The notes under the pieces were generated by a model, which ran no database searches, had not been told where the DNA came from, and saw only the letters and a program-made list of their open reading frames with translations. A DNA stretch of 61,181 nucleotides, filler included. It is 4 parts of 4 records of this genome, joined end to end, with 100 filler letters (N's around TTAATTAATTAA, not from the genome) between each part and the next. Parts side by side here need not be neighbours in the genome. Positions count along the whole stretch, not along the records: positions 39,098 to 55,743 come from SRR20825019_1632; positions 55,844 to 61,181 come from SRR20825019_1644; 2 more parts are not named here. One strand, given 5' to 3'. Shown here piece after piece: positions 53,001 through 61,181 of this stretch. How positions within the stretch are numbered: position 1 is the first letter of the stretch; each line of letters begins with the position of its first letter. The translations under genes were made by a program, and so were the position numbers.

Positions 53001-53779
53001 TGTGTCTCTCCCCAGAGGGCGGTCAGAATGGCGTCAAGCCCGTCAGTCAGGGCCGCAGGCCCCGGTTGCAGGATCAGGGGCGACTTGATCTCGACGATGC
53101 GGCCCTGCGCCACCGCCGGAATGGTCTCCCACCCGGCGCGGGCGGCGATGCGTTCGGGGCGCACCTTTTTGCCGCACCACGATGCGATGATAACATCCGG
53201 TGCGGCGTCGATCACCTGTTGCGCGTCCAGAATGCGCGCGCGCGCGCCCTGTTCGGCTTGCAGATGGGCAAAGACATCCTCGCCGCCGGCGATCTCGATC
53301 AGCTCGGAGGCCCAGCGGATGCCCGAGATGGGCGGGTCGTCCCATTCCTCAAAGTAGACGCGGGGGCGGGACGGGCGAAGCGTGGATCGGACCGTCTCAA
53401 TGCGCGCGGCATAGCTGTCAGCCAGCGCACCGGCCTGTGCTGCGCACCCCGTCAACGCACCCAAGGTGCGGATCATGTCCAGAATGCCCGCGACCGAGCG
53501 TTGGTTGAACCCGTGCACCGCAATGCCTGCACGGATCAGCTCGGCGGCAATGTCGGCTTGCAGGTCGGAAAAGGTCAGCACCAGATCGGGCTGCAGGTCC
53601 AGTATCTTTGGCACATCCGCCGAGGTGAACGCCCCCACGCGTGGCTTTTCGCGGCGCACGCGGGCCGGGCGGACGGCGTATCCGGTGACGCCAACGATGC
53701 GGTCGGACTGGCCCAGCAGATAGAGCGTTTCGACCGTCTCTTCGGTCAGGCAGACGATGCGTTCGGGGGGGAAGGCCAT
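52997..53779 (-). CDS. Cobalamin-binding periplasmic-type protein (BtuF-like)
   Basis: PPERIVCLTEETVETLYLLG, PDLVLTFSDLQ, RVYFEEWDDP, ILQPGPA; no signal peptide visible. Confidence 0.85.
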   Translation of the reverse strand: MAFPPERIVCLTEETVETLYLLGQSDRIVGVTGYAVRPARVRREKPRVGAFTSADVPKILDLQPDLVLTFSDLQADIAAELIRAGIAVHGFNQRSVAGILDMIRTLGALTGCAAQAGALADSYAARIETVRSTLRPSRPRVYFEEWDDPPISGIRWASELIEIAGGEDVFAHLQAEQGARARILDAQQVIDAAPDVIIASWCGKKVRPERIAARAGWETIPAVAQGRIVEIKSPLILQPGPAALTDGLDAILTALWGETQ

Positions 53780-54438
53780 CAGACCACCTCGGGCCTGCGC
53801 GTGGTGCGCATCCATTCCTGCGCGCCATCCAGCACGGCAGTGTAGACCGCACGGCCCACCGCTTCGCCAAGGTCGGTGTGCATCCCGGCAAAAGGCGCGT
53901 CGCCTTGGAGGGCAGCGACCGCGATACAGTCGGTGCCGGTGCCCGTGGCAATGCCGGTGGGCAGGCGATGGTTCACCTGCATCACGGCCACGGTGCGGGC
54001 CTGCGTGGCAATTGCCATCATCTCGATCAGGGCGGACTGGGTCAGGGCCAGGTCGGTTTGCACGGCCACGTTGATCGTGCCCCAATCCTTGCCCGAACGG
54101 TCCAGCCGCGTGCCGATATTCTCGGCGTTCGACAGACCCACGGTGGCCACCGCGCGGGCGGTGGCGGTGCCTGCGGTGGCGCTGTGTTCGGTGACGGCGC
54201 GGATGTCGCGCGAGGTCAGGAAGCACACGTCGTCAGGCGTTCCACGCGCCGCCAGCTGGCCCGTCAACCAGTCCAGCACATCCAGCTCCGGTGTCAGATC
54301 GGCATTGCGCACCTCGCGCCACGAGATCGCGCTGGCAGTCACAAAGCCGGGGCGGTTCAGTGCCCAGCTCAGCACCTGATGCGGCCCGCCCAGATCAAGG
54401 CGCAGCCACGGGCGGTCGAGTGTCAGCGGCACCTTCAT
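53779..54438 (-). CDS. cbiZ: Adenosylcobinamide amidohydrolase
   Basis: ATVGLSNA, GTINV, ATGTGTDCIAV, FAGMHT motifs. Confidence 0.88.
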   Translation of the reverse strand: MKVPLTLDRPWLRLDLGGPHQVLSWALNRPGFVTASAISWREVRNADLTPELDVLDWLTGQLAARGTPDDVCFLTSRDIRAVTEHSATAGTATARAVATVGLSNAENIGTRLDRSGKDWGTINVAVQTDLALTQSALIEMMAIATQARTVAVMQVNHRLPTGIATGTGTDCIAVAALQGDAPFAGMHTDLGEAVGRAVYTAVLDGAQEWMRTTRRPEVV

Positions 54439-55181
54439 GCCAGCGTGTCCAGCGTCTGGAACACGGGGCCGCGCTCGGTCATCTCGTAATGGGCCAGAAT
54501 GCCAAAGACCTCTGCGAGGTTCTGGGGCGTCATCACGTCCACCGGCGGGCCGTCAGCGACAATAGTACCGCGATGCAGCAGGATCACGCGCGTGCAGTGC
54601 CGCGCGGCCAGCCCGAGGTCATGCAGAGAGGTCAGCACCGTACGCCCTGAGGCCGCAAGGTCGGAAAACACCCGCATCGTGGCAATCTGTGCGGCGGGAT
54701 CAAGGCCCGCGATCGGTTCGTCTGCCATCATCATGGGCGTGTCCTGCGCCAGCGCGCGGGCGATCAGCACGCGGGCCTGTTCGCCGCCCGACAGCTGTGT
54801 CGCCGTGCGTTGGGCATAGGCCTCCAGCCCCATTTGCGCCAGCGCGTCGGTCACGGCGGCGGCATCCTCGGCCCTGGTGCCGGAATGGGGCAGGCGGCCC
54901 AGCCGCACCAGCCGTTCCACGCTCACGGGCCAGGCGATTTCGCGGGCCTGCGGCAGCCACGCGCAGGCGCGGGCGCGGTCCATGCTGGTCATTTGCGCCA
55001 GCGAGGATGTGCCGTCATGCGGCAACAACCCGAGGGCCGCGCGCATCAGGGTGGTCTTGCCCGCACCATTCGGTCCCAGCAGGCCGACGCATTCGCCGGG
55101 GTGCAGGATCAGTGACACACCGTCAATCACCGGACAGTTGCCGCGTTTGACGGACAGGTTTTGCAGGGTCAGCAGGCTCAT
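54435..55181 (-). CDS. BtuD/FecE-type ABC ATPase
   Basis: GPNGAGKTT, LSGGEQARV, ADEP, SLHDL. Confidence 0.92.
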   Translation of the reverse strand: MSLLTLQNLSVKRGNCPVIDGVSLILHPGECVGLLGPNGAGKTTLMRAALGLLPHDGTSSLAQMTSMDRARACAWLPQAREIAWPVSVERLVRLGRLPHSGTRAEDAAAVTDALAQMGLEAYAQRTATQLSGGEQARVLIARALAQDTPMMMADEPIAGLDPAAQIATMRVFSDLAASGRTVLTSLHDLGLAARHCTRVILLHRGTIVADGPPVDVMTPQNLAEVFGILAHYEMTERGPVFQTLDTLA

Positions 55182-55743
55182 TGCAGCGTCCCCCGCGTTT
55201 TGTAGATCAGGTGCAGGAACAGCGGCGCACCGACCAGCGCCATCAGCACGCCCAGCTTCAGATCCCGGTCCGGTAGTGCCACGCGCACGGCAATGTCCGC
55301 CGCCAGCACCATCGCCGCCCCGCCAAGCGCCGAGGCCCACAGCAGCCGCGACGGTTGTCCGCCGACAAAGGGGCGCAGCACATGTGGCACCACCAGTCCG
55401 ACAAAGCCGATGGAGCCTGCCACAGCCGTACCAGCGCCCACACAGGCCGCCGTTCCGATGACCAGCGCCAGCCGCAGGCGGGGCAGGCGCACTCCCATCG
55501 CGGCGGCAGCGTCCTCGCCCAGCGTCAGTGCGTCCAGACCACGGCCCAGCGATCCCAGCAGAACCCAGCCCAGCACCATGAACGGCAATGCCAGCCACAC
55601 GTGCGAAAACGACCGGTCCGCAAGCGATCCCAGCATCCAGAACACGATTTCAGCGGCGGCAAAGGGGTTGGGCGACAGGTTCAGCACCAGCGAGGTAAAG
55701 GCCGAGGCCAACGCCGAAATCGCGATCCCCGCAAGGATCAGCG
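55178..55743 (-). CDS. BtuC/FecCD-type ABC permease, 5' truncated
   Basis: FWMLGSL, LTLGEDAAAAMGV, GSIGFVGLVVPH, GAPLFL. Confidence 0.9.
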
Positions 55744-55843
55744 NNNNNNNNNNNNNNNNNNNNNNNNNNNNNNNNNNNNNNNNNNNNTTAATTAATTAAN
55801 NNNNNNNNNNNNNNNNNNNNNNNNNNNNNNNNNNNNNNNNNNN
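55744..55843. other. Artificial contig linker
   Basis: N44-TTAATTAATTAA-N44. Confidence 0.99.
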
Positions 55844-56464
55844 GGCGATATAGCGCACCGGATCAATTGGCTCGTGCGTCGGCCCCGAGGTCACCAGCAC
55901 CCGTTTCCCCGCCAGCGGCCCGCCGCCCAGCGCGCCCTCGAGTGCTGCGACAATCTCCAGCGGCTCGGCCATGCGGCCCGGTCCGAACTCGCCACAGGCC
56001 ATGTCGCCGTCGTTCGGCCCAATCACCGCAATCCCGTCGCCGCGCAGCGTTTCAAGATTGCGTTGGGTCGCGGGGTGATCCCACATCCGTACGTTCATCG
56101 CGGGCGCGATCATCACCGGCGTGTCGGTCGCCAACAGCAGGGTCGAGGCCAGATCATTCGCCAGCCCCTGCGCCATTTTCGCCATCAGGTCCGCCGTCGC
56201 GGGCGCAACCAGCACCAGATCAGCCGAACGCGACAGTTGTATGTGCCCCATCTCGGCCTCGTCCGTCAGATCGAACAGGTCGCGGTAGACCTTGGTCCCC
56301 GCCAGCGCGGACACGGACAAAGGGGTGACAAATTCGGACCCCGCCTGCGTCAGCACGGGCGTCACCGATGCGCCGCGTTCACGCAAGCGCCGGATCAGGT
56401 CCAGCGACTTGAACGCCGCGATTCCACCGCCGATGATCAGAAGAATTCTTTTGCCGTTCAGCAT
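55844..56464 (-). CDS. coaBC: Bifunctional PPC decarboxylase/synthetase, 3' truncated
   Basis: GGGIAAFK, GHIQL, APATADL, APAMNVRMW, MACGEFGPGRM, VTSGPTHEPIDPVRYI. Confidence 0.95.
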
Positions 56465-56540
56465 CCTGCGTTCCCGCTGTCGTCATTTTCGCCCAACCAT
56501 AGGCCGCGCCCGCGCATTCTGCCAGCCCGTAAGCAGGCCG

Positions 56541-57332
56541 CTATCTTAACGCAGCGCAGGGGTCGGGCCGGTCCTGTGCCGGCGCGTCCCACACCACGTC
56601 GAACCCGCCGTCCGGGACGTTGCCGTCCTCGGCCTGACCGATGGACCAGACGCGCGCCTTCGGGGCGACTTGCGCCAGATAGCTGGGCACGCCCCAATCC
56701 TTGCGGGCATGGCCGTTGCCGGTGATCACCACCACCGGCCCGCCGGTGTCGGCCAAGGCCTTGACCGCCGCTTGCGCCAATGTGGCATCGCGCAACCGCT
56801 GCACCTTGACCATGGCGGGCAAAAGCTCCTTGGGCAGCGCATCGCAATGGGCAACGCGTTGCAAGTCCTCGCGCGCAATCTGATTTGCATCGCTCAGGTC
56901 CCGGTCCAGCCCGTATGCCGCAGCAGCATCAAAAGCCGCCCCAAGGGGTTCCTGCATCACGGCCTGCGCCAGTTCGCGTGGCACCGCAGCGCCGTAGCTG
57001 ATGGCATCGGGGGCTGCTGCAAAAATCGGGTGGTACATGGAAAAATCAGGCCAACCCGCCTCGGCCCAGCCCAGCCGCTCGGCCATGGCGTCCGCGTTTT
57101 CGATCAGCTCTGGCGTGACCAGCCCCGCTTGCGCGGGCTGCAGCATCTCCCAGACAATCGCCTTGGGCTGCACCTGTGCCACGACCACCGCCTGCGCCGT
57201 GTGGTGAGCCGGATTGTCATGCACCTCGCCCACAATCACGATATCGGCGGGGGGCACATCGGCAGGTTCAAAAGCAAAGGCCGCCCCCGAGAGGACGGCC
57301 CACGACAGCAGTGCGGGAATCATGTATCTCAT
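56541..57332 (-). CDS. ChaN family (haem-uptake-like) exported protein
   Basis: Signal peptide, VGEVHDNPAHH, WEML, QRLRDATLA, ITGNGHAR. Confidence 0.85.
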   Translation of the reverse strand: MRYMIPALLSWAVLSGAAFAFEPADVPPADIVIVGEVHDNPAHHTAQAVVVAQVQPKAIVWEMLQPAQAGLVTPELIENADAMAERLGWAEAGWPDFSMYHPIFAAAPDAISYGAAVPRELAQAVMQEPLGAAFDAAAAYGLDRDLSDANQIAREDLQRVAHCDALPKELLPAMVKVQRLRDATLAQAAVKALADTGGPVVVITGNGHARKDWGVPSYLAQVAPKARVWSIGQAEDGNVPDGGFDVVWDAPAQDRPDPCAALR

Positions 57333-58207
57333 ACGAGGAAGTGATGCACTTCCCGGCTCTGAGTCTCCAGCGATTTCCGCATCTTGGCAAAAGCTGCAGC
57401 TTCCAGCTGTCGCACCCGCTCCTTGCTCAGCGACAGTTCTTGCCCCAGGCTTTCCAGCGTCCGCGCGTCATCGCGCAGCTTGCGTTCGCGGATGATGAAC
57501 CGTTCGCGGTCGTTCAGCGCATTCATCGCCATCAGCAACCATTCGCGCAGTTGCGCGGTGTCGTGTTCATTCTCGACCTGTTCGGCCGCCTGCACGCCAT
57601 CGTCTTCCAGCGCGTCGATCCATTCGCGGCCTTCATCCTCGGAGGATTGGGTCGCGTTCAATGAATAGTCGGACCCGCCAAGGCGGCCTTCCATCATTTC
57701 CACATCCCGCAGCGGCACGCCGATCTCTGTCGAGATCATCTGGCGCAACTGATGCCCGTCCAGCGTCTCGCCTGCCGAGGCGCTCTCGCGCTCGAGCCGC
57801 GCCTGCACCCGCCGCATGTTGAAGAACAGCGACTTCTGCGAGGAGGTCGATCCGGTGCGGACCATCGACCAGTTGCGCATCACGTAATCCTGGATCGATG
57901 CCTTGATCCACCAGACCGCATAGGTCGAAAAGCGCACGCCACGGTCAGGGTCGAATTTGTCGGCAGCTTTCATCAACCCAAGGCCCGCTTCCTGAATCAG
58001 ATCATTCATCGGCGCGCCGTAGCGTTTGAACTTGGATGCCATCGAAATTGCCAGCCGCATATAAGCGGTGATCAACCGGTGCAGCGCCGCCTCGTCCCGC
58101 TCGTCGCGCCAGGCATAGGCCAGTTTCAGCTCGGTTTCGGCGTCCAACAATTCCGCTTTCATCGCAATGCGTGAGAGTGAAACTTCCCGTACGTTATCCA
58201 GTGCCAT
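57329..58207 (-). CDS. rpoH2: RNA polymerase sigma-32 paralog RpoH2
   Basis: DLIQEAGLGLMKAADKFDPDRGVRFSTYAVWWIKA, RpoH box QKSLFFNMRR, SKERVRQLE; alternative GTG start at 58213. Confidence 0.92.
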   Translation of the reverse strand: MALDNVREVSLSRIAMKAELLDAETELKLAYAWRDERDEAALHRLITAYMRLAISMASKFKRYGAPMNDLIQEAGLGLMKAADKFDPDRGVRFSTYAVWWIKASIQDYVMRNWSMVRTGSTSSQKSLFFNMRRVQARLERESASAGETLDGHQLRQMISTEIGVPLRDVEMMEGRLGGSDYSLNATQSSEDEGREWIDALEDDGVQAAEQVENEHDTAQLREWLLMAMNALNDRERFIIRERKLRDDARTLESLGQELSLSKERVRQLEAAAFAKMRKSLETQSREVHHFLV

Positions 58208-58251
58208 TGTCACATCTCCCCGATCATTACTTGTTATGCGGTGTTGACTTT

Positions 58252-58279
58252 ATTACGCATCAGCACAGGGTTCGGTTCA
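58252..58279 (-). promoter_or_regulatory. Putative sigmaE (RpoE-ChrR) promoter of rpoH2
   Basis: TGAACC-N16-CGTAAT resembles the TGATCC...CGTA sigmaE promoter that drives rpoHII in Rhodobacter. Confidence 0.5.
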
Positions 58280-58296
58280 TTCGAAAGATGAAAAAA

Positions 58297-58815
58297 ATGT
58301 TGCCTTCAATGACATTCGTTTTAGGTGGCGCGGCTTCCGGAAAATCGGCATTCGCTGAAAATGTAATTATTAACAGCGGGTTAATTCCTGTCTATCTGGC
58401 GACTGCACGCATCTGGGACGCCGAAATAAAAGATCGCGTGAAAGTGCACCGGGATCGGCGTGATGCCGCTTGGATCAACTTCGAGGCCACGCATGATCTT
58501 GCCCATGTTCTGTGCGAACGCGACGCAAGCGAAGCGGTTCTGATCGACTGTGCGACCATGTGGCTGACCAATCACGTCATGGACGGCAACAATCTGGCAC
58601 AGGCGCAGGCGGCGCTGATGCAGGCGCTGGACGATTGCGCGGCGCCGGTGGTGATCGTGTCGAACGAACTGGGTCAGGGCATCGTCCCCGCAGATGCCGA
58701 CACCCGCGCCTTTCGAGAGGCGCAGGGACGCCTGAACATCGCACTGGCCGCGCGTGCCGACACTGCCATTCAGGTCGTCGCGGGTCTGCCCAATGTTCTG
58801 AAAGGCAGCCTATGA
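58297..58815 (+). CDS. cobU: Bifunctional adenosylcobinamide kinase/guanylyltransferase (CobU/CobP)
   Basis: VLGGAASGKSAFAE, YLATA, HRDRR, LIDCATMWLTN, VSNELGQGIVP; alternative ATG at 58288. Confidence 0.93.
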   Translation: MLPSMTFVLGGAASGKSAFAENVIINSGLIPVYLATARIWDAEIKDRVKVHRDRRDAAWINFEATHDLAHVLCERDASEAVLIDCATMWLTNHVMDGNNLAQAQAALMQALDDCAAPVVIVSNELGQGIVPADADTRAFREAQGRLNIALAARADTAIQVVAGLPNVLKGSL

Positions 58816-59390
58816 CCACCTGGCACTGGGTGCGCCACGGGCCAACCCATCAGAAAACCTTTGTCGGTTGGCGCGACGTGCCCGCCGATCTGTCCGACAG
58901 CGCGCAAATCGCCCGTATTCAGTCCTTCCTGCCGGAGGACGCGCTGGTGATTTCCTCGGACCTGATCCGCGCGCATGCCACGGCGGATGCGATTGCGGGC
59001 GGACGCACACGCCTGCGCTCGGACCCGATGCTGCGCGAATTTCACTTTGGTGCCTGGGACAACTGGCATTTCTCGCGGGTCAGCGATGCCTATCCCGACC
59101 TCAGCCGCGCCTATTGGGAAGATCCGGGCGACATCGTACCCCCCGGTGGTGAAAGCTGGAACATGGCCGCTGCCCGCGTCGCCACCGCCGTGCGCCGGAT
59201 CAGCGCGCAGCACCCCAAGCGGCACATCATCGCCGTGGCCCACATCGGCGTGATCCTTACGCAGGTTCAGGCGGCGATGGGTTGGACGCCGAAACAGGCG
59301 CTGGCCCACAAGATCGACAACCTGTCTGTAACCCGCATCGACGGGCCGGATGCGGAAAACCCTGTACCGCTGCTCAATCACCTTCCGTGA
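58812..59390 (+). CDS. Histidine phosphatase family protein (CobC-like)
   Basis: VRHGPT, SSDLIRA, LREFHFGAW, PGGES, VAHIGVI; coupled to cobU. Confidence 0.88.
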   Translation: MTTWHWVRHGPTHQKTFVGWRDVPADLSDSAQIARIQSFLPEDALVISSDLIRAHATADAIAGGRTRLRSDPMLREFHFGAWDNWHFSRVSDAYPDLSRAYWEDPGDIVPPGGESWNMAAARVATAVRRISAQHPKRHIIAVAHIGVILTQVQAAMGWTPKQALAHKIDNLSVTRIDGPDAENPVPLLNHLP

Positions 59391-59450
59391 TGGATATCCG
59401 CACAAAGCAGCGATTTACCCGTCAGGATTTCTGCGGCTAACCTGCACTTC

Positions 59451-60125
59451 ATGACATATGATCTTTATATCGGTGACCGCACATTTTCGAGCTGGTCGCT
59501 GCGCGGTTGGCTCATGCTCGAGAAATTCAGCCTGCCCTTCCGCACGCACCTTGTTGGCCTTTATGGCGGCACGATGGCCGCTGATATGGCCCATCTGGCA
59601 CCGGCGAGACTGGTGCCTGCCCTGCAACTGCCCGACGGCACGGTGGTGGGCGAAAGCATGGCGATTGCCGAGACACTGGCCGAGCGTCACCCCGACGCAG
59701 GCCTGTGGCCCGCCGATGCCGCCGCCCGCGCCACCGCGCGGATGCTTTGCGCCGAAATGGCCGCTGGCTTTGGTGCATTGCGCAACCAGTGCCCGATGCA
59801 ACTGCAACACGTCAACACGGGCTTTCAACCCTCCGAGGCGACCCGCGCCGATCTGGCCCGCATCGAAACCCTATGGACCCACGCCCGCAGCTTTGCCTCA
59901 GACGGTCCGTGGCTGTTCGGGGCTTATAGCCTGGCCGATGCCTTTTACGCGCCGGTCTGCGCCCGCATTATCGGCTATGATCTGCCCGTGTCCGAGGCCG
60001 CCCGCGCCTATTGCGCGACAACCCTTTCCGATCCTGCGTTCAAGGCCTGGCGCGCGGAGGGGCTAAAGACCACATACGATCCGTTCCCCTATGATATGGG
60101 CACACCGATCGCAGACTGGCCCTGA
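59451..60125 (+). CDS. Glutathione S-transferase
   Basis: FSSWSLRGWL, LVPAL, ESMAIAETLAE, WLFGAYSLADAFYAPV. Confidence 0.92.
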   Translation: MTYDLYIGDRTFSSWSLRGWLMLEKFSLPFRTHLVGLYGGTMAADMAHLAPARLVPALQLPDGTVVGESMAIAETLAERHPDAGLWPADAAARATARMLCAEMAAGFGALRNQCPMQLQHVNTGFQPSEATRADLARIETLWTHARSFASDGPWLFGAYSLADAFYAPVCARIIGYDLPVSEAARAYCATTLSDPAFKAWRAEGLKTTYDPFPYDMGTPIADWP

Positions 60126-60156
60126 TCTTTCTTTTGGCCCTAAATATCCAATCCCG

Positions 60157-60181
60157 ATGCCCGCCTCCCCACGGCGGGCAT
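60157..60181. terminator. Hairpin downstream of GST
   Basis: ATGCCCGCC-N7-GGCGGGCAT perfect 9-bp stem. Confidence 0.55.
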
Positions 60182-60220
60182 TAACCATTCGTAAACGCGG
60201 ACCCTCTACCGATTAACCAT
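60181..60220 (+). promoter_or_regulatory. CtrA-like full site plus half site upstream of comM
   Basis: TTAA-ccattcg-TAAAC (60181-60196) and TTAACCAT (60213-60220). Confidence 0.6.
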
Positions 60221-60236
60221 ATTGTAGAGGGACAGA

Positions 60237-61181
60237 ATGGTCGCACGCGCCTATACCGTGGCATTTCAGGGGGTCGAGGCCCGCCCCGTCGAAGTGCAGT
60301 GCGCCCTGTCGCCGGGGTTGCCTGCCTTTTCCATCGTTGGCCTGCCGGACAAGGCGGTGTCCGAGGCCCGCGACCGCGTCCGCGCGGCGCTGGGTGCGAT
60401 GGCCATTGCCCTGCCGTCGCGCCGGATCACCGTGAACCTGTCACCTGCGGACCTGCCGAAAGAAGGGTCGCACTTCGACCTGCCCATCGCCCTGGCGCTG
60501 TTGGCCGCCCTCGACATCATTCCCAAGGACACCGCGGAATCTGTCGTTGCCCTGGGCGAGTTGTCCCTTGATGGCACGCTGATCCCCGTGATTGGCGCCC
60601 TGCCCGCCGCCATGGCCGCCGCTGCAGACGACCGCACGCTGCTGTGCCCCGCCGCCTCTGGTGCCGAAGCGGCCTGGGTCTCTGCCACCAAGGTGATCGC
60701 CGCCCCCGATCTGGGGGCGGCCGTGCGCCATTTTACCGGTCAGTCGCTGATCGAACCCAGCAGCCCGGGCGAGGTCACGCCAGATGATCCCCTGAAGGAC
60801 ATGCGCGATGTCAAAGGGCAGGAACGTGCCAAACGGGCGCTGGAAATCGCCGCCGCAGGACGGCACCACCTGATCCTTGTCGGTACGCCGGGCTCGGGCA
60901 AATCCATGCTGGCCGCTCGACTGTCGGGCATCCTGCCGCCGCTGACCCCGTCCGAGGCGCTGGAAACCTCGATGATCCATTCGCTTGCCGGGCTGCTTGA
61001 CGCGGGCGGCATTTCCCGCGCCCGCCCCTTTCGCGAACCGCACCACACCGCGTCGATGGCCGCAATCATCGGCGGCGGACGCACCGCCAAGCCGGGCGAG
61101 GTGTCGCTGGCCCACAACGGCGTGCTGTTCATGGACGAATTCCCCGAGTTCCCCCGCACCGTGCTGGAAACCCTGCGCCAG
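60237..61181 (+). CDS. comM: YifB/ComM Mg-chelatase-like AAA ATPase, 3' truncated (absent from the ORF track)
   Basis: [15 protein letters not shown]...[20 protein letters not shown]...[22 protein letters not shown]...[11 protein letters not shown]...[10 protein letters not shown]...[20 protein letters not shown]. Confidence 0.95.
   Translation, partial: MVARAYTVAFQGVEARPVEVQCALSPGLPAFSIVGLPDKAVSEARDRVRAALGAMAIALPSRRITVNLSPADLPKEGSHFDLPIALALLAALDIIPKDTAESVVALGELSLDGTLIPVIGALPAAMAAAADDRTLLCPAASGAEAAWVSATKVIAAPDLGAAVRHFTGQSLIEPSSPGEVTPDDPLKDMRDVKGQERAKRALEIAAAGRHHLILVGTPGSGKSMLAARLSGILPPLTPSEALETSMIHSLAGLLDAGGISRARPFREPHHTASMAAIIGGGRTAKPGEVSLAHNGVLFMDEFPEFPRTVLETLRQ

Noticed and set aside
49414-55598. 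Long N-terminal extensions in the ORF track (490-aa MBL, 409-aa BtuF-like, 387-aa ATPase) as fusion proteins
   Set aside because: The extensions overlap upstream genes in other frames; internal starts with an RBS or coupled stop/start give normal-sized proteins.
53779-58815. cbiZ and cobU as one B12 locus, or B12 cross-feeding of the eukaryote
   Set aside because: They are on separate contigs, and nothing in the sequence links the organisms.
1-61181. CRISPR arrays, rRNA, tRNA, IS elements, anti-phage defence genes
   Set aside because: No repeat-spacer periodicity, RNA gene signatures, transposase or defence-domain motifs were seen by eye.

Overview
This window is not one locus. It is four unrelated contigs joined by artificial 100-nt linkers (N44-TTAATTAATTAA-N44 at 22823-22922, 38998-39097, 55744-55843). 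(1) 1-22822 is a compact genome fragment of an unidentified, probably flagellated microbial eukaryote. It holds six genes: a 12-TM adenylyl-cyclase-like protein with degenerate catalytic motifs, RME-8/DNAJC13, a PACRG with an N-terminal extension, HEATR6-like, BCCIP/BCP1 and CFAP91. I traced 33 GT-AG introns of 45-61 nt by hand. All three complete upstream regions carry a GC-rich island and share a 13-nt motif, GTTRGTTYGWGGG. (2) 22923-38997 is a Rhizobiales-type contig with ccmF'-ccmE-ccmI, a lipoprotein, feuQ-feuP-feuN and an intact RcGTA-like gene transfer agent head-tail cluster (g4' to g15 plus a holin-like gene), with signs of a -1 frameshift between the tail chaperone genes g10 and g10.1. 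(3) 39098-55743 is a Roseobacter-type contig with a Liv-type ABC transporter, an ScfR/RamB regulator, a receiver and SLC5-histidine kinase module, a FliM-like gene, a YeeE/YedE-persulfide dioxygenase sulfur module and a btuCD-cbiZ-btuF-exbBDD-tonB corrinoid salvage operon. (4) 55844-61181 is a Roseobacter-type contig with coaBC', ChaN, rpoH2, cobU/cobP, a histidine phosphatase, GST and comM' preceded by CtrA-like boxes. All calls come from motif recognition by eye; no database searches were run.
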